Assembly (NCBI RefSeq): GCF_053078305.1
Contig: NZ_CP166879.1
Reading direction: 5' to 3' (one strand)
DNA: 64,000 nucleotides
Below the pieces are notes generated by a model. That model ran no database searches and had not been told where the DNA came from. It saw only the letters and a program-made list of their open reading frames with translations. A program made the position numbers and the translations under genes. Shown piece by piece: positions 25,141-37,493 of this stretch. Each line of letters opens with the position of its first letter. The stretch's first letter is position 1.

Positions 25141-26277
25141 TTAGTACAGCTCGTTTTCGTTACGGCGGAGAGTTTCTGTCGTCATGCGCCCCCACATTTT
25201 GTAGTAGCTCCAGAGAGTGTAGAGCAACACAATGGGCAAAAATATCAGCACGATTACCAACATAATACTCAGCGTCAGCTGACTGGAAGTGCTGTCCCAC
25301 AACGTCAGGCTGGAGATTGGACTCACGCTTGACGGCATGACAAAGGGGAACAGCGTGATGCCTGCCGTGAAAATCACGCCAAATTGCATCAATGATGCCA
25401 TCAAAAATCCCCAACCCGGGCGACCACGATAAATCGCCATCACCGTCAGCAATGGGCAGAAGAACCCCAGCAGCGGGAAGATCCACAAAACGGGCGACTC
25501 GACAAAATTATTCATCCAGGCACCAGGTAGCACTGCCACCAGTTTCATTAACGGATTGGAAGGACCGTTAGCATCCTGGGCGAGCAGTACAAAGCCATCA
25601 ATACCGACCCACAGCCAGTAACCCGCCAGCAAAAAGCACAGCATCACCAACAGTGCAGCGCGTTTAGTCGCCAGCTGTGAACGCAGATGAATCACACCAA
25701 CAGTTTTCAGTTGTAACCAGACGCCACCTTGCAAAATCACCATCCCAAGGCTGAGCAATCCGCACAATAAAGGGAATGGCGTCAGCAGTTGCCAGAAGCT
25801 GCCGAGATACTCCACGCGTAATTGCGGTGTGAAGGCAAACGGCACGCCGAGCAACAAGTTGCCGAAGGCGATACCGAAGACTACCGGCGGCACCAGACTG
25901 CCGATGACCAGACCGGCATCCCACATTTTACGCCAGCGTGCATCGGCGATTTTTCCGCGATAATCAAAGGCCAGCGGGCGGAAGAACAGCGAGCACAGCA
26001 CCAGGATCATCGCCACATAAAAGCCGGAAAACGCCGCTGCATACACTCTGGGCCAGGCGGCAAATAATGCCCCACCTGCGAGGATCAACCAGACCTGATT
26101 GCCTTCCCAGTGCGCACCAACGCTATTAATCACTATCCGGCGTTCATCATCATCACGCGCCACCAGCGGCAGCAAACAGCCAATCCCCATGTCAAATCCG
26201 TCGGAGATCATAAAGACCACCAGGATCACGCCAATCAGCAGCCACCAGATGAAGCGCAATGTTTCATAATCAAACAT
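25141..26277 (-). CDS. appB: cytochrome bd-II oxidase subunit II AppB
   Basis: 378 aa [33 protein letters not shown]. Confidence 0.95.
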   Translation of the reverse strand: MFDYETLRFIWWLLIGVILVVFMISDGFDMGIGCLLPLVARDDDERRIVINSVGAHWEGNQVWLILAGGALFAAWPRVYAAAFSGFYVAMILVLCSLFFRPLAFDYRGKIADARWRKMWDAGLVIGSLVPPVVFGIAFGNLLLGVPFAFTPQLRVEYLGSFWQLLTPFPLLCGLLSLGMVILQGGVWLQLKTVGVIHLRSQLATKRAALLVMLCFLLAGYWLWVGIDGFVLLAQDANGPSNPLMKLVAVLPGAWMNNFVESPVLWIFPLLGFFCPLLTVMAIYRGRPGWGFLMASLMQFGVIFTAGITLFPFVMPSSVSPISSLTLWDSTSSQLTLSIMLVIVLIFLPIVLLYTLWSYYKMWGRMTTETLRRNENELY

Positions 26278-26288
26278 GATTTTCTCCT

Positions 26289-27833
26289 TTACCCCTGTTG
26301 CTGCGTCGGTTGTTCACTCTGCATCGCGCTCGGCCCCAGACGGGCATATTTCTGCATCAGGTAGACTTCGGCGATTAAGAACAGGGTGTAAAGCCCTACG
26401 ATCATGATCAGTGAGAAAGCCAGTTGTCCTGTGGTTAAGGCGGAGTGCGCGGAGTATGTCGGTAAGATGTCCTGTATCGCCCACGGCTGACGACCAAACT
26501 CGGTCATAAACCACCCGGCTTCAATCGCAATCCACGGCAGCGGCAAACTCCAGAGCGCCATTTTCAGCACCCAGCGATGCTGGTCGATTTTGCCACGCAG
26601 CGTCTGGACAAGCGCAATCAGCATCACCAGTAGCAGCAGGGAACCACAGCCCACCATGATGCGGAAACTCCAGAATACCGGTGCAACCTGAGGTATTGCA
26701 CCACGCATCGCCGCCTGGTACTGTGCGGCTGTGACATGATTCATATCCGGCGCATAGCGGGAGAGCAACATGCCGTAGCCCAGGTCGCCTTCCAACTCCC
26801 GGAATGCCTGCAACACATGCGGCTCACGATTGCCTTGCGATATTTCCTGCATTAACAGCCAGGCCATACGTCCGCGTTGCAAGCGTGGGTAGGTTTCAGC
26901 CATCAAATTCTTCAGACCCGGCACGGGTTTATCTAATGAGTGAGTGGCGAGGATCCCTAGCAGCGCGGGAATTTTGATGGCAAAGGCGTTACGCTCTTGA
27001 TCCTGTTCCGGCCAGGCAACCACATGGAACGGTGCAGGTGCAGGTTCCGTTTGCCACTCCCCTTCCATCGCCGCCAGTTTTACCGGTTGTACTTGCGCGA
27101 CTTCATACGCAGAACTGTCTCCGAGTTGCAGCGTGCCAATAATCGCCAGAGTACCGAAGACGGAACCGATGGCAAACGAGCGTAATGCGACATCGCGCTC
27201 CCGTCCGCGCAGTAAATACCAGGCGCTGATCGCCATAATAAACATGGCCCCGGTCACGTAGCCCGCCATTACGGTGTGCACAAATTTCACCTGGCTGACC
27301 GGGTTAAAGACCAGCTCGCTGAAGCTGGTCATCTCCATACGCAGGGTGTCGATATCAAAATGCGCACCGGTCGGGTATTGCATCCAACCGTTGGCATTCA
27401 ATATCCACAATGCAGAGAGATTTGAACCGAACGCCACCAGCCACGTCACCAGCAGGTGCTGGTATTTATTCAGCCGCTGCCAGCCGAAGAAGAAAAGCCC
27501 GACAAAGGTGGATTCGAGGAAGAAGGCCATTAATGCTTCCATCGCCAGCGGTGCGCCAAAAATATCGCCCACATAGTTGGAATAGAATGACCAGTTAGTA
27601 CCAAACTGAAACTCCATGGTCAGGCCGGTAGCCACGCCAAGAGCAAAGTTGATACCGAAGAGCTTACCCCAGAAGCGCGTCATATCGCGGTAGATTGTTT
27701 TGCCGGTGACCACGTAAATGGTTTCCATGATAGCCAGCAAAAAAATCAGCCCCAAGGTAAGGGGTACAAATAAAAAGTGATACAGCGCGGTCAGCGCAAA
27801 CTGCCAGCGCGATAAATCAATGACATCCCACAT
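26289..27833 (-). CDS. appC: cytochrome bd-II oxidase subunit I AppC
   Basis: 514 aa from [28 protein letters not shown]; track ORF has 2 extra N-terminal codons. Confidence 0.95.
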   Translation of the reverse strand: MWDVIDLSRWQFALTALYHFLFVPLTLGLIFLLAIMETIYVVTGKTIYRDMTRFWGKLFGINFALGVATGLTMEFQFGTNWSFYSNYVGDIFGAPLAMEALMAFFLESTFVGLFFFGWQRLNKYQHLLVTWLVAFGSNLSALWILNANGWMQYPTGAHFDIDTLRMEMTSFSELVFNPVSQVKFVHTVMAGYVTGAMFIMAISAWYLLRGRERDVALRSFAIGSVFGTLAIIGTLQLGDSSAYEVAQVQPVKLAAMEGEWQTEPAPAPFHVVAWPEQDQERNAFAIKIPALLGILATHSLDKPVPGLKNLMAETYPRLQRGRMAWLLMQEISQGNREPHVLQAFRELEGDLGYGMLLSRYAPDMNHVTAAQYQAAMRGAIPQVAPVFWSFRIMVGCGSLLLLVMLIALVQTLRGKIDQHRWVLKMALWSLPLPWIAIEAGWFMTEFGRQPWAIQDILPTYSAHSALTTGQLAFSLIMIVGLYTLFLIAEVYLMQKYARLGPSAMQSEQPTQQQG

Positions 27834-27966
27834 GCGCACTCCTGTAGGCGAAGAGAGAAAAATAACCCGATAATGGTAGTTCTCCCTCTTTATCCTGAAA
27901 CTCTACGACCAGAGGTATTCGCCGATTGCGATATTCATAAGACTGAAAGCGATACTTACCGTCTTT

Positions 27967-28824
27967 TTACGTCGGTGCAGCTTCCGCCAGCCACTGACAT
28001 ACCTCGCTAAGCCGCTGCGCAGAGTCGACCAAATCTTCTGGCGCTGCCAGCACCACTTCCGGTATTGGGCAGATTTCATAACTTTCCAGTAAAGGGCCTT
28101 TTAAGGTGTCCGTACAGCGTAAATGCCAGACATGGCGTAACCCCGTGGCGTTGATATAGCTCTCGCCATAGCCAATGGTACGAATCTGAATATTTCCCGG
28201 CCCACAGAGACGTGAGAGAAAAAGCCGATCAGCCTCGCTGATGGGTAATTGCGTCAGATTAATGCTGTGCGGCTGCGCGTCGGGGTTACGTACATGCGCC
28301 AGTAACTCATGCGCCAACGGTAGGCCATTCATCAGGCCATCAATGGGCGGCGGTAACAGCGAATCTGTCGGCAAGAGATTTTGCGTGGCCGCCTGCCACA
28401 ACGCCAGCGGCGCGCAGCCGGCCTCCAGTTTGTCCTCCAGCAACTTTTCGCCGCGACGTCTGCGCACCCGCCATAATCCGCAGAAGATCGCCTCCTGTAT
28501 TTCACTTTCGCTGTCGTCAGCCTGCTGAATGCGCACTGACACTTCCCCTTCCCCGAGAAGCGTATTGATAAAGTGACGATCGTCGGCGTTGAGATTTAAC
28601 AGATCGACTGCCAGCACCTCGCCCAACGGCGGCTGGCGTTGACTTAGTTGATGTTGTAACTCGTTTAACAGCGCAATCACCTGCGGGCTGTGAGCACATT
28701 GCTCCAGGGCCGCCATACTCGGTTCATCATTCACCTGACAGGTGATCGGCAGTGGATTCATGCTGAAACTGTCATCGTTCGGTTGCGTTCCTGGCCCCAG
28801 CAGATGGAAAAAAGTTTCGCTCAT
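27967..28824 (-). CDS. hyaF: hydrogenase-1 maturation protein HyaF
   Basis: 285 aa from [18 protein letters not shown]; start overlaps hyaE stop. Confidence 0.9.
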   Translation of the reverse strand: MSETFFHLLGPGTQPNDDSFSMNPLPITCQVNDEPSMAALEQCAHSPQVIALLNELQHQLSQRQPPLGEVLAVDLLNLNADDRHFINTLLGEGEVSVRIQQADDSESEIQEAIFCGLWRVRRRRGEKLLEDKLEAGCAPLALWQAATQNLLPTDSLLPPPIDGLMNGLPLAHELLAHVRNPDAQPHSINLTQLPISEADRLFLSRLCGPGNIQIRTIGYGESYINATGLRHVWHLRCTDTLKGPLLESYEICPIPEVVLAAPEDLVDSAQRLSEVCQWLAEAAPT

Positions 28825-29219
28825 GAGGCACGCTCCTGTTGTGGTTCGACAAGCCCACGCATCAGGTTTATCAGTTCCGCCCACGGGTGAATACCATTCA
28901 GCACGCCGCGATAGTTTCCGCCGGTAAACACTAATGTGGCGGGAAAGCGAAAGACGCCAAAGCGATCGCCGATGGCTTCGCTCTGTTCAAGGTCAGCAAT
29001 CGCCACCTGCCATGTGTAGTCGGGAAACTCGCGCAGTAATTCGCCAATCATTACCGGATTATCGCTGACCTCTGGCGTGCGTTTCGGGTCACTGCTTAAT
29101 AACACCACGCCGTCTGGCGCTTGCGTAAGCCAGTCGTCAAGACGGAATTCACTAACCGGCGTCCAGCCGCGCGCCAGCATTCGTTGCCACAACGCATCAA
29201 ATGGCGTGTCGTTGCTCAT
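28821..29219 (-). CDS. hyaE: hydrogenase-1 chaperone HyaE
   Basis: 132 aa [25 protein letters not shown]. Confidence 0.92.
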   Translation of the reverse strand: MSNDTPFDALWQRMLARGWTPVSEFRLDDWLTQAPDGVVLLSSDPKRTPEVSDNPVMIGELLREFPDYTWQVAIADLEQSEAIGDRFGVFRFPATLVFTGGNYRGVLNGIHPWAELINLMRGLVEPQQERAS

Positions 29220-29803
29220 CCCTGCTCCTCCAGTGTCATCCTGTACTGGCGCAAGCGAACGCCTTCGTAATTTTCCATCGACAGGCAGTCATAATTGAGA
29301 CAGCGCGATTCATTAGCCGGTTGCGGCACAATTCCCCATGCAGCCAGCTGCGCCAGCGCCGCCTGTTCCGCTGCGGGCAGTTGCTCCCGTGCCAGTTCGC
29401 TCAGGCTGCCGCCGTAGTCGTCGAGCATTGCGGGTTGCAGACCGACGAGGGCAATATGTGCTGGCAGATGTCCGCGGATATCTGCCAGCGCCAGCACTTC
29501 GGAGAAACTGTTCTGGTGCAGGCTCATTTTCTTCGCGCTGAGATAAGCCGGAATACGTTCTCCGGCATAGGTTCGCAGCGTTCCAGGTTCCAGCCCGTAG
29601 TCAATGGCATCGAGAATCAACAGATGGCTGGCGCTTTCGACATACCCCAGCAAGTTCAGTCCCTGAGTACCGCCATCGACAATCTCCACATACTCGGGCC
29701 AGTGGTAATGGGCATACAGCCGTTCCGCCACCCGCACGCCGAAACCTTCATCGGCCCACAGCAGGTTGCCCAGCCCCATTACCACCACGCGTTGCTCGCT
29801 CAT
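29216..29803 (-). CDS. hyaD: hydrogenase-1 maturation protease HyaD
   Basis: 195 aa [29 protein letters not shown]. Confidence 0.93.
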   Translation of the reverse strand: MSEQRVVVMGLGNLLWADEGFGVRVAERLYAHYHWPEYVEIVDGGTQGLNLLGYVESASHLLILDAIDYGLEPGTLRTYAGERIPAYLSAKKMSLHQNSFSEVLALADIRGHLPAHIALVGLQPAMLDDYGGSLSELAREQLPAAEQAALAQLAAWGIVPQPANESRCLNYDCLSMENYEGVRLRQYRMTLEEQG

Positions 29804-30507
29804 GAACGCTCCTTGTTACTTATTTTGCCAAATTTGTGGCTACGGTAGCCGTTGACCATGGTGGAGATCACCGTGTCGTCGGACATGATGTCTTCACGCA
29901 GCGCCATATAGACATGACCGATCACAAACGCGCCAATCAGCCACATCCCCAGCCGATGCCAGCTGTGAATGTCCATTGAGTTGCCTCCCGTCCAGTAGAA
30001 AAATTCCACCACATAACGGAACGGCGCAAAAATAGCGTACTGGCTGTGTTCGCTGTACAGCGCAAAGCCGGTGATGATCATAAAGACCGACATCAGGAAA
30101 TAGCCGAACATCGCCGCCTGGGCGATGGGGTTATGGCCTATATCGGCACTCGGACGTTTTGCCAGAAACAGATACCAGCGGATTTCATACCACACGCCCT
30201 GCCACCAGCTTTTACGCCATACTGGCACGATAAACAGCTCGCGGGAGTATCGATTGCCAACAAAAGCCCAGTAGATCCGCATCAGCAAGACCACGGTAAA
30301 AACCATCCCGGCGCTGAAGTGAATTAACCTGATGTAGCCCATATAGAACAGATACGTCGCCTCGCCGCTGACGGAAGGTAGCGGTTTGCCGATAAAGTAA
30401 CCGGTGACCATCAACACCGCCATGCATAACACCGTCAGCCAGTGCCAGATGCGGACTGGCGCTTCAAAGACATAGTGGCTGACAACGTTGTCGCTTTTCT
30501 GTTGCAT
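29800..30507 (-). CDS. hyaC: hydrogenase-1 b-type cytochrome subunit HyaC
   Basis: 235 aa, four TM segments. Confidence 0.93.
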   Translation of the reverse strand: MQQKSDNVVSHYVFEAPVRIWHWLTVLCMAVLMVTGYFIGKPLPSVSGEATYLFYMGYIRLIHFSAGMVFTVVLLMRIYWAFVGNRYSRELFIVPVWRKSWWQGVWYEIRWYLFLAKRPSADIGHNPIAQAAMFGYFLMSVFMIITGFALYSEHSQYAIFAPFRYVVEFFYWTGGNSMDIHSWHRLGMWLIGAFVIGHVYMALREDIMSDDTVISTMVNGYRSHKFGKISNKERS

Positions 30508-30525
30508 GATGATTCTCCTTCGCTG

Positions 30526-32319
30526 TTAACGCACCTGCACGGAGATCAGCTCGCTACCGTCGTCGCCCAGCACGTGTGTTGAACAGGCGAGGCACGGATC
30601 AAAGCTGTGCAGAGTACGCAGGATCTCCAGCGGTTGCTCGGGGATCGTCATTTTGGTGTTCATCAGCGCCGCTTCATAAGCGCCAATCTGCCCTTTGGGA
30701 TCGCGCGGGCTGGCGTTCCAGGTGGTCGGCACCACGCACTGGTAGAGATCAATCTTGCCATCGCGAATGGCGGCCCAGTGGCCTAACGCCCCGCGCGGTG
30801 CTTCGGTAAAGCCGACACCACGGCACTCTGTCGGCCAGGTTGTGGGTTCCCATTTTTCCGTGGAGGCGGTGGCAAGATTGCCGTTTTTCAGGTTAGTCAT
30901 CAGCTTGTTGAAGAAATACTGCAACTTACCTGCGGCCCACTGTGCTTCGTGCGCGCGGCACAAAATGCGGCCCAACGTTGACTGGATACCGGAAAGCGGC
31001 AGGTTCAGCGCCGACATCATGCGATCGACCGACTCAACGGTCGCAGCATCGCCTTTGTGATAAGAGATTAACGTGCGTGCCAGCGGCCCCACTTCCATCG
31101 CGTTACCGCGCCAGCGCGGCGCTTTGATCCACGAGTAGCGTTCCTGTTCATTCAGCTGCTGAATGTTGGTATCGCTGCCTTTGACATCGCCGGGGTTGTA
31201 CCACGGGTCGGTAATGCCATCGAATGGATGACGCCCGACCTGATCGTTGGGATAACGATACCAGGCGTGATCGACAAACTCCTGCACCTGCTGCGGATCA
31301 ACCAAATCCACTGGCAGCACATTGTTGAAGTCGCCGTTAATCACCGCGCCGCCAGGCATCAGCAGACTTTTCTCACCAAAGTCGTTGGCAATATCCGGGA
31401 ATGCGCCGTAGCTAAGGACACATTTATCAGAAAGACCCGTGCCGATTTCGCTCCACGGTTTGTTGAACTGACCGATGGCTAAGGCGTCGGGGATCATCAC
31501 GTTGTTAATGAAGTCTGCCGTGCGGGTGATAATCGACTGCACCAGGTTCAGGCGTTCCATATTGACCGCCCCGACCGCGCCGCTTTCGTCAATGTTAATG
31601 GCGCAAGGCATCCCGCCGACAATCCAGTTTGGATGCGGGTTTTTACCGCCAAAGACCGCGTGGATTTTGACAATTTCACGCTGGAAATCGAGAGCTTCGA
31701 GATAGTGGGCAAAGCCCATCAGGTTAGCTTCTGGCGGCAGTTTGTACTGCGGGTGCCCCCAGTAGCCATTGCGGAAGATCCCCAACTGCCCGCCTTCAAC
31801 GAATTTCTTCAGGCGATTTTGTACGTCGAAGAAATAGCCAGGGGATGATTTCGGCCAAGAGGAGAGACTTTGCGCCAGTTCGGAGGTTTTCCGCGGGTCG
31901 GCTTTCAGCGCATCTAACACATCGATCCAGTCCATCCCGGCAAGCTGATAGAAGTGCACCAGATGATCGTGGCACCAGAGCGTTGCCAGCATAATGTTGC
32001 GGATGATATTGGCGTTGTCCGGCACTTTAATACCGATGGCATCTTCGATGGCGTAAACCGAAGCCAGGGCGTGTACGCCAGTACAGACGCCGCAGATACG
32101 TTCAACGAACGCCCACGCATCGCGCGGGTCGCGCCCTTGCAGGATGATCTCCAGCCCGCGAAACATCGTGCCGCAGGAGACGGCATTGGTGATCACATTC
32201 TGATCGTTAATATTCACTTCGCAGCGCATGTGGCCTTCAATGCGCGTAATCGGGTCGACCACCAGGCGGCGTCCGGCATTATTGATGGTGTATCCCTGAG
32301 TTTCGTACTGAGTGCTCAT
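30526..32319 (-). CDS. hyaB: hydrogenase-1 large (NiFe) subunit HyaB
   Basis: 597 aa; N-terminal RxCGxC and C-terminal DPCxxC Ni-binding motifs. Confidence 0.96.
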   Translation of the reverse strand: MSTQYETQGYTINNAGRRLVVDPITRIEGHMRCEVNINDQNVITNAVSCGTMFRGLEIILQGRDPRDAWAFVERICGVCTGVHALASVYAIEDAIGIKVPDNANIIRNIMLATLWCHDHLVHFYQLAGMDWIDVLDALKADPRKTSELAQSLSSWPKSSPGYFFDVQNRLKKFVEGGQLGIFRNGYWGHPQYKLPPEANLMGFAHYLEALDFQREIVKIHAVFGGKNPHPNWIVGGMPCAINIDESGAVGAVNMERLNLVQSIITRTADFINNVMIPDALAIGQFNKPWSEIGTGLSDKCVLSYGAFPDIANDFGEKSLLMPGGAVINGDFNNVLPVDLVDPQQVQEFVDHAWYRYPNDQVGRHPFDGITDPWYNPGDVKGSDTNIQQLNEQERYSWIKAPRWRGNAMEVGPLARTLISYHKGDAATVESVDRMMSALNLPLSGIQSTLGRILCRAHEAQWAAGKLQYFFNKLMTNLKNGNLATASTEKWEPTTWPTECRGVGFTEAPRGALGHWAAIRDGKIDLYQCVVPTTWNASPRDPKGQIGAYEAALMNTKMTIPEQPLEILRTLHSFDPCLACSTHVLGDDGSELISVQVR

Positions 32320-33434
32320 GCCTGTTTATCCTCATTGCCTGGCTGATGTTCGGTTTCTGTAGGTTGCTGGTTATGACGTCTGCGCTGGTCAACGGCGCTG
32401 GCGACTGCGTGCACACCAACAGCCGCTGCCACCACGCCAAGCGCGGTTAAACCGACGGTATCGGCGGTGGAATGAGTACCCATTTGCGGAATATCGACCA
32501 CGCGGCTGTAGAACGAACCGCGATCCCAGAAACCATTTTCCGCACAGCCCAGGCAGCCGTGACCAGACTGGATTGGGAAAGAAACGCCATCATTCCAGCG
32601 TGTGGAGGAACAGGCGTTATAGGTGGTAGGCCCTTTGCAGCCCATTTTGTACAGGCAATAACCTTTGCGGGCAGCGTCATCATCCCAACTCTGGACGAAC
32701 TCTCCGGCGTCGAAGTGAGCGCGGCGATAGCATTTATCGTGGATACGCTGACCATAAAACATCAGTGGACGACCCATTCTGTCGACATCTGGCAAGCGAT
32801 CAAAGGTCACCATGTAAGTAATGATGGCGCTCATCACATCCGGGATCGGCGGGCAGCCAGGTACTTTGATAATGGGTTTGTCGGTGATGACTTTGTCGAT
32901 AGGCGTTGCCTGTGTCGGATTGGGTCGCGCGGCCTGCACGCAGCCCCAGGACGCGCAGGTTCCCCAGGCGATAATCGCGCTGGCTCCGGCAGCGGCACGT
33001 TTGAGTTTCTCAATAAACGGTCGTCCGCTGCTGATACAGAACATCCCCTGCTCGCCCAGCGGCGGATTACCTTCTACTGCGAGGATATATTTGCCATTGT
33101 ATTGCGTGATGATGTCTTCAAAGACTTCTTCCGCCTGGGTTCCGGCGGCAGCCATCAAAGTATCATCGTAATCGAGGGAAATCAGGGAAAGGATGACGTC
33201 CTTTGCCAGCGGGTGAGCGGAGCGGATAAAAGATTCGGTACAGCAGGTGCATTCCAGACCGTGGATCCATACCACTGGAATGCGGGGTTTATTCTCCAGC
33301 GCCCAGGCAATCTTTGGTGCCATTCCCGCGCCTAATCCCAGCGACGTGGCAGCCAGACTACAATATTTGAGAAAGCTGCGCCGGGTAACGCCCTGACGCC
33401 GCATGGCCTGGTAAAATGTTTCCTCGTTATTCAT
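32316..33434 (-). CDS. hyaA: hydrogenase-1 small subunit HyaA
   Basis: 372 aa from [29 protein letters not shown] (Tat signal); track ORF starts 27 codons upstream. Confidence 0.94.
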   Translation of the reverse strand: MNNEETFYQAMRRQGVTRRSFLKYCSLAATSLGLGAGMAPKIAWALENKPRIPVVWIHGLECTCCTESFIRSAHPLAKDVILSLISLDYDDTLMAAAGTQAEEVFEDIITQYNGKYILAVEGNPPLGEQGMFCISSGRPFIEKLKRAAAGASAIIAWGTCASWGCVQAARPNPTQATPIDKVITDKPIIKVPGCPPIPDVMSAIITYMVTFDRLPDVDRMGRPLMFYGQRIHDKCYRRAHFDAGEFVQSWDDDAARKGYCLYKMGCKGPTTYNACSSTRWNDGVSFPIQSGHGCLGCAENGFWDRGSFYSRVVDIPQMGTHSTADTVGLTALGVVAAAVGVHAVASAVDQRRRHNQQPTETEHQPGNEDKQA

Positions 33435-33859
33435 ATCGCACGTCTCTCCTCCTTGCGACACCGGCAGGACACCGGGCGCACATGGTCGGCAAGCGACGTC
33501 CCTGTAGCAAGGCAAACCATCGCTTCACGTGAGATGCTGAAAACGAAAGCTCATCCTTCTGCACTGGCGCACGTCGCCAGAAAGTAATGTTAATAAAGCG
33601 TAGTGAAACTTTTGCACAAAACAATACAAACTGTGTGGATTTATCTTTTAGCGATAAAAATGGACCTATTTTTCTTTTTGCCGGGCGGTGGGATGTTTAG
33701 CCTGTTGCTAAACGAGTAAAAGAGAAGGAATTCATGGTGATGAAATGATCAATCTGCTGTTATTTCACGCTATCAATGCACTTTTGGCTGTTTTTCAGGC
33801 AAACAAACAAATTAGGGGTTTACACGCCGCATCGGGATGTTTATAGTGCGCGTCATTCC

Positions 33860-33947
33860 GGAAGTGTGGCCGAGCGGTTGAAGGCACCGGTCTTGAAAAC
33901 CGGCGACCCGAAAGGGTTCCAGAGTTCGAATCTCTGCGCTTCCGCCA
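33860..33947 (+). tRNA. serT: tRNA-Ser (anticodon UGA), serT
   Basis: GGAAGTGTGGCCGAGCGGTTGAAGGCACCGGTCTTGAAAACCGGCGACCCGAAAGGGTTCCAGAGTTCGAATCTCTGCGCTTCCGCCA; long variable arm; CTTGAAA anticodon loop. Confidence 0.93.
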
Positions 33948-33953
33948 AACAAT

Positions 33954-33990
33954 CAAGGGGTTACCAAATGGTAGCCCCTTTCCTTTTTTT
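33954..33990 (+). terminator. serT rho-independent terminator
   Basis: AAGGGGTTACC-AAAT-GGTAGCCCCTT hairpin followed by TCCTTTTTTTGC. Confidence 0.75.
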
Positions 33991-34087
33991 GCTCTTAGTA
34001 TACACTTGGTATACTAATTGGTATATTTAGCTCAATACACACTAGGTACATTGTTCTCTTTACGATTTATCGCTATACCGATGAATT

Positions 34088-34417
34088 ATGAATAACCCCA
34101 ATCCATGCATGACGTGTGGTGCCTGTTGTGCATTTTTCCGCGTCTCTTTTTACTGGGCAGAAGCTGACGATGCTGGCGGAAAGGTTCCGGTCAGTCTCAC
34201 TGAGCAAATATCCCCCTTTCATCGCTGTATGCGCGGCACCAGTCAGAAAAATCCCCGATGTGTCGCTCTGGCGGGAACTCCGGGTAAAAACGCATATTGC
34301 TCTGTTTACAAAAACCGTCCGTCCACGTGCCGGGAATTCGCAATGTCCGGAGAAAATGGCATCGCAAATGAAGCATGCAACCGCGCCCGGGCAAAATACG
34401 GACTTCCGGAAATCTGA
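34088..34417 (+). CDS. YkgJ-family (CxxCxxCC) putative metal-binding protein
   Basis: 109 aa [31 protein letters not shown]...; only plus-strand gene in the insertion, between serT and tfa. Confidence 0.7.
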   Translation: MNNPNPCMTCGACCAFFRVSFYWAEADDAGGKVPVSLTEQISPFHRCMRGTSQKNPRCVALAGTPGKNAYCSVYKNRPSTCREFAMSGENGIANEACNRARAKYGLPEI

Positions 34418-34545
34418 AAAATCATCCATATCAACAGGATGCACGAAAAATGAGAGTTCCATCACTTCCGGAATTAACTTTTCCGTGGCACTATTTACTC
34501 GGCATAGTGTATATCTTCACAATAATGACATAATCAACGCAGTTC

Positions 34546-34577
34546 ATGGGGGAGGTGATGGTCCCCCATCTTTTTGT
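34546..34577. terminator. hairpin terminator between convergent ykgJ-like gene and tfa
   Basis: ATGGGGGA-GGTGATGG-TCCCCCAT followed by CTTTTTGT on the plus strand. Confidence 0.6.
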
Positions 34578-34580
34578 CTG

Positions 34581-35252
34581 TTATTCCTGTGCCCAGCCAA
34601 CCCTGTATGCCAGGATCTCATCCGCACTGCTCAGCGATTCCAGGTCCTTCTTCATGGTGCGCTGGCGAATGTGGATTTCCATCCCTTTGGTGAACATCGC
34701 CTGCTCTGCCGCTTCACTCAGCGCAATAAGCTCTTCTGCTGTCACCGGCACATCATTGTTTTCCGCATCCGTCCAGAAAAACGCCTCCGGCAGTTTCCCC
34801 GATTTCGCTGCCGCCACCGACGGCTCAAGACGCGTCTGCGTTGACTTCCCGTAGTCCCATTTACGCCCATTGTGCTCAAACGTGTAGTTCGCCGCTTCCA
34901 TCGCATTACGCCAGGCGTTAATTTCATCGCCCTTCATCCCTCGCGCTTTCTCCGCGGTCAGCAGGTCCGTGATTTTCTCCCCGTCAAAACCCCAGCGCCC
35001 CGAGATGTCAGCTTTGCGGTTTTCTTCCGTATCCGCCACCTCCACCACACTCTGGCCCACTGGCCACAGAACTGATGCCACCCTGCTGATGCCGGTAATG
35101 ACTCCGGCACTGTTATAAACCACCTTCAGCGTCTCTGCTGAAAATAACGACTGACACTCATACCAGTCCTGACCATCCTCTGATTTCAGGTACATCGCAC
35201 CCGGCACATCCGGATTTTCCGGCGTGTATTGTCTGAAATTCTTTATGTGCAT
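34581..35252 (-). CDS. tfa: tail fiber assembly protein (Tfa family)
   Basis: 223 aa immediately downstream of stf; N-terminal VVY..G.I.GISR....SVVEV.D...NRKAD.SG.W.F pattern typical of Tfa/gpG chaperones. Confidence 0.7.
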   Translation of the reverse strand: MHIKNFRQYTPENPDVPGAMYLKSEDGQDWYECQSLFSAETLKVVYNSAGVITGISRVASVLWPVGQSVVEVADTEENRKADISGRWGFDGEKITDLLTAEKARGMKGDEINAWRNAMEAANYTFEHNGRKWDYGKSTQTRLEPSVAAAKSGKLPEAFFWTDAENNDVPVTAEELIALSEAAEQAMFTKGMEIHIRQRTMKKDLESLSSADEILAYRVGWAQE

Positions 35253-35293
35253 CTGTAAGTCCTCCCGGTTACATGTCTGAAAGATGATGCGCT

Positions 35294-37012
35294 TTATAAT
35301 GGAAAATACTCAAACCCCGAAGCTCCTGACGACACATACTCACCCACGCTGACTGTACGCCACTGAGAACCATCAAATGTCACCTGAAGCGGCCTGTAAG
35401 AAACCGATATCACACCATCTGCTCCTCTACTTTTCAGACCAGTAATCACAGCTCCTATACTCAGGCTTATTGACAGAAAACCAGAGCTCTCTTCTGCTCT
35501 GTAAGTCTGTTCATTACCCAGCCTGATACCCACAACCCGGCTCTTCCCGTCTGATGCCCCGGGCGGCCCCATCGGCCCGGTTTCTCCACGCTCACCTCTG
35601 GGACCGGGGTCGCCTTTCTCCCCTTTCGGTCCCTGCGCTCCCCGCGGACCAGCGGGGCCTGTTGCTCCCGTTTCACCTTTCGGACCCTGTGCTCCGGGGT
35701 CACCTTTCTCTCCTTTCGGACCGGGAACACCACCTCCTGCTGCAGCCTCTTCTGCCTTTGTTTTCGCTTCATTTGCCACATCCATTGCCGCCTTCACGGC
35801 CTTCGGCGTGGCTGCCTTTGTTTCGTCATTACTGCCAGTATCACTGCTTAACTGCACCACACCTTTCTGCGTCGTGCTGGCATCCCGCTGGCTGACCGTA
35901 TCCGGTTTGTTTTTTGTGCTGTAATCCACCCGCCAGTGGAAATACCGTGTGTCGCCGTAAACCGTACAGGTACAGACCGTGCCATTAATAAACCCCGTTG
36001 CACCGTATTCGCCAATGGTGACCCGGACTATGGCAGCCTCATACGTTCCCATCACCTCAATGACACAGCCACCCAGATTGAGTTTTCCCGGTCCGACATC
36101 CGTGATGACTTTATTCATTGACGCAAGCAGTGATGCCTTCATCATCCAGTAAGGCTGGTCAAATGCCCCTTTTTCTTTCAGCCAGGCAACAAACTCGCGT
36201 GTTTTCCATTCACCGGCCCCCGTATGAATGTCCCGCCCGTATACTCTGGCTGCTCCCACGGTGTTCAGAAACTTCACCTTATCCGGGATATCATCACCGT
36301 TTTTCGCTTTCTCCAGGCATCCGTCCGCTTTGTCCATTGCCGCTTTCACCGCTTTCGGCGTGGCTGCCTTCGTTTCATCATCACTGTCCGTTGCGCTGCT
36401 TAACTGCACAATTCCCTTCTGTGCCGTCGTCGCATCCGGCCCTCCCGGCTCGCCTTTTTCGCCCTTCTCTCCCCGTTCACCTTTCACACCCTGAAGCCCC
36501 TGTGGTCCTGTCTCACCACGCTCACCCTTTGGCCCCCGCTCGCCGGTATCGCCTTTTGGCCCGGGAATACCCTGCGGCCCGGTGTCCCCCTTATCCCCCT
36601 TCGGTCCCCGCGCATTCTCTGCCCGTTTCTTCGCTTCCTCTGCACTCGCCGCTGACGCTTCCGCACGTTTCAGGATTTCCGCTGCCACCGCTTCCAGCTC
36701 TGCAAGGGCTTTCGGGTAATACTGTGCGTCTTCCAGGTCCATCAGAAATTTATTCAGCGTTCCCGGTGCAGAATCCGCCTTCACCAGAATGTCACCCACA
36801 TATGACGGCGCGTACCCTTCCGTGTTCAGCGTCACCCGGTACAACCCCGGCTCAACATCCATACTGTAACTGCCGGTTTCCCCCGGCTGACCATACGCCA
36901 CCGTGGTGACAATCACCATCTCCGTTGTGCGGCGCGCTTTCAGCTCTATCGTGCATCCCGGTACTGGTTTTCCCGTACCATCCTTCAGCACACCCGATAT
37001 TCTGACTGTCAT
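35294..37012 (-). CDS. stf: side tail fiber protein Stf with collagen-like repeats
   Basis: 572 aa; N-terminus [28 protein letters not shown] resembles lambda Stf; two G-X-Y repeat blocks; duplicated KGIVQLSS...[15 protein letters not shown] motif. Confidence 0.88.
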   Translation of the reverse strand: MTVRISGVLKDGTGKPVPGCTIELKARRTTEMVIVTTVAYGQPGETGSYSMDVEPGLYRVTLNTEGYAPSYVGDILVKADSAPGTLNKFLMDLEDAQYYPKALAELEAVAAEILKRAEASAASAEEAKKRAENARGPKGDKGDTGPQGIPGPKGDTGERGPKGERGETGPQGLQGVKGERGEKGEKGEPGGPDATTAQKGIVQLSSATDSDDETKAATPKAVKAAMDKADGCLEKAKNGDDIPDKVKFLNTVGAARVYGRDIHTGAGEWKTREFVAWLKEKGAFDQPYWMMKASLLASMNKVITDVGPGKLNLGGCVIEVMGTYEAAIVRVTIGEYGATGFINGTVCTCTVYGDTRYFHWRVDYSTKNKPDTVSQRDASTTQKGVVQLSSDTGSNDETKAATPKAVKAAMDVANEAKTKAEEAAAGGGVPGPKGEKGDPGAQGPKGETGATGPAGPRGAQGPKGEKGDPGPRGERGETGPMGPPGASDGKSRVVGIRLGNEQTYRAEESSGFLSISLSIGAVITGLKSRGADGVISVSYRPLQVTFDGSQWRTVSVGEYVSSGASGFEYFPL

Positions 37013-37154
37013 GGATTTCCCCCATAAAAAAACCGCAGTACCGGTTTCCCGGCCTGCGGTAAAATTTGTGGTTTGTTGGTGTTAAAACGGTGCCATCCGG
37101 CTGACCACCCTCAGCAACCGGTCGGCGGGGGATATTCTCCCCCGCCACGGTTTC

Positions 37155-37295
37155 TTACTGCTTACACTGTAAGAACGCCGCAATCTCCGCGCCCGCTATC
37201 CGGAACCGGAACTCGCACAGTGAACTGTGGGTGATCCAGATAATGAGCACTACCGTGATACAAATCACGGTGGTTTTTAACGGTTTTTGCGACAT
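37155..37295 (-). CDS. Hok/Gef-family small membrane toxin (46 aa)
   Basis: Hand translation MSQKPLKTTVICITVVLIIWITHSSLCEFRFRIAGAEIAAFLQCKQ; AAGGAG SD 8 nt upstream; TM helix then LCE.R.R..G.EIAAF motif; coordinates approximate. Confidence 0.6.
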   Translation of the reverse strand: MSQKPLKTTVICITVVLIIWITHSSLCEFRFRIAGAEIAAFLQCKQ

Positions 37296-37493
37296 AAACG
37301 CTTGCTCCTTTTACGGAGAGGCGCTAACCTTCAATTTGCTGAAGATCGAAAGTCAGGCCTCGGGTTAAACATGAATGTTTGTCCGGGGCCTTCGTCTTTC
37401 CGGCCTTCAGGTGTTCCCTCCGGCCATCAGCCAAAGGCACCCGCGCATACTGTACGGTTTTTGTCTCCTTCCGGCAATCCCGGGGCGCGATGT

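Noticed and set aside
34116-34844. 242-aa plus-strand ORF
   Set aside because: Out-of-frame overlap with the ykgJ-like gene and antisense to tfa; low-complexity translation
36118-36909. 263-aa proline-rich plus-strand ORF
   Set aside because: Reverse-strand reading of the collagen-like G-X-Y repeats of stf
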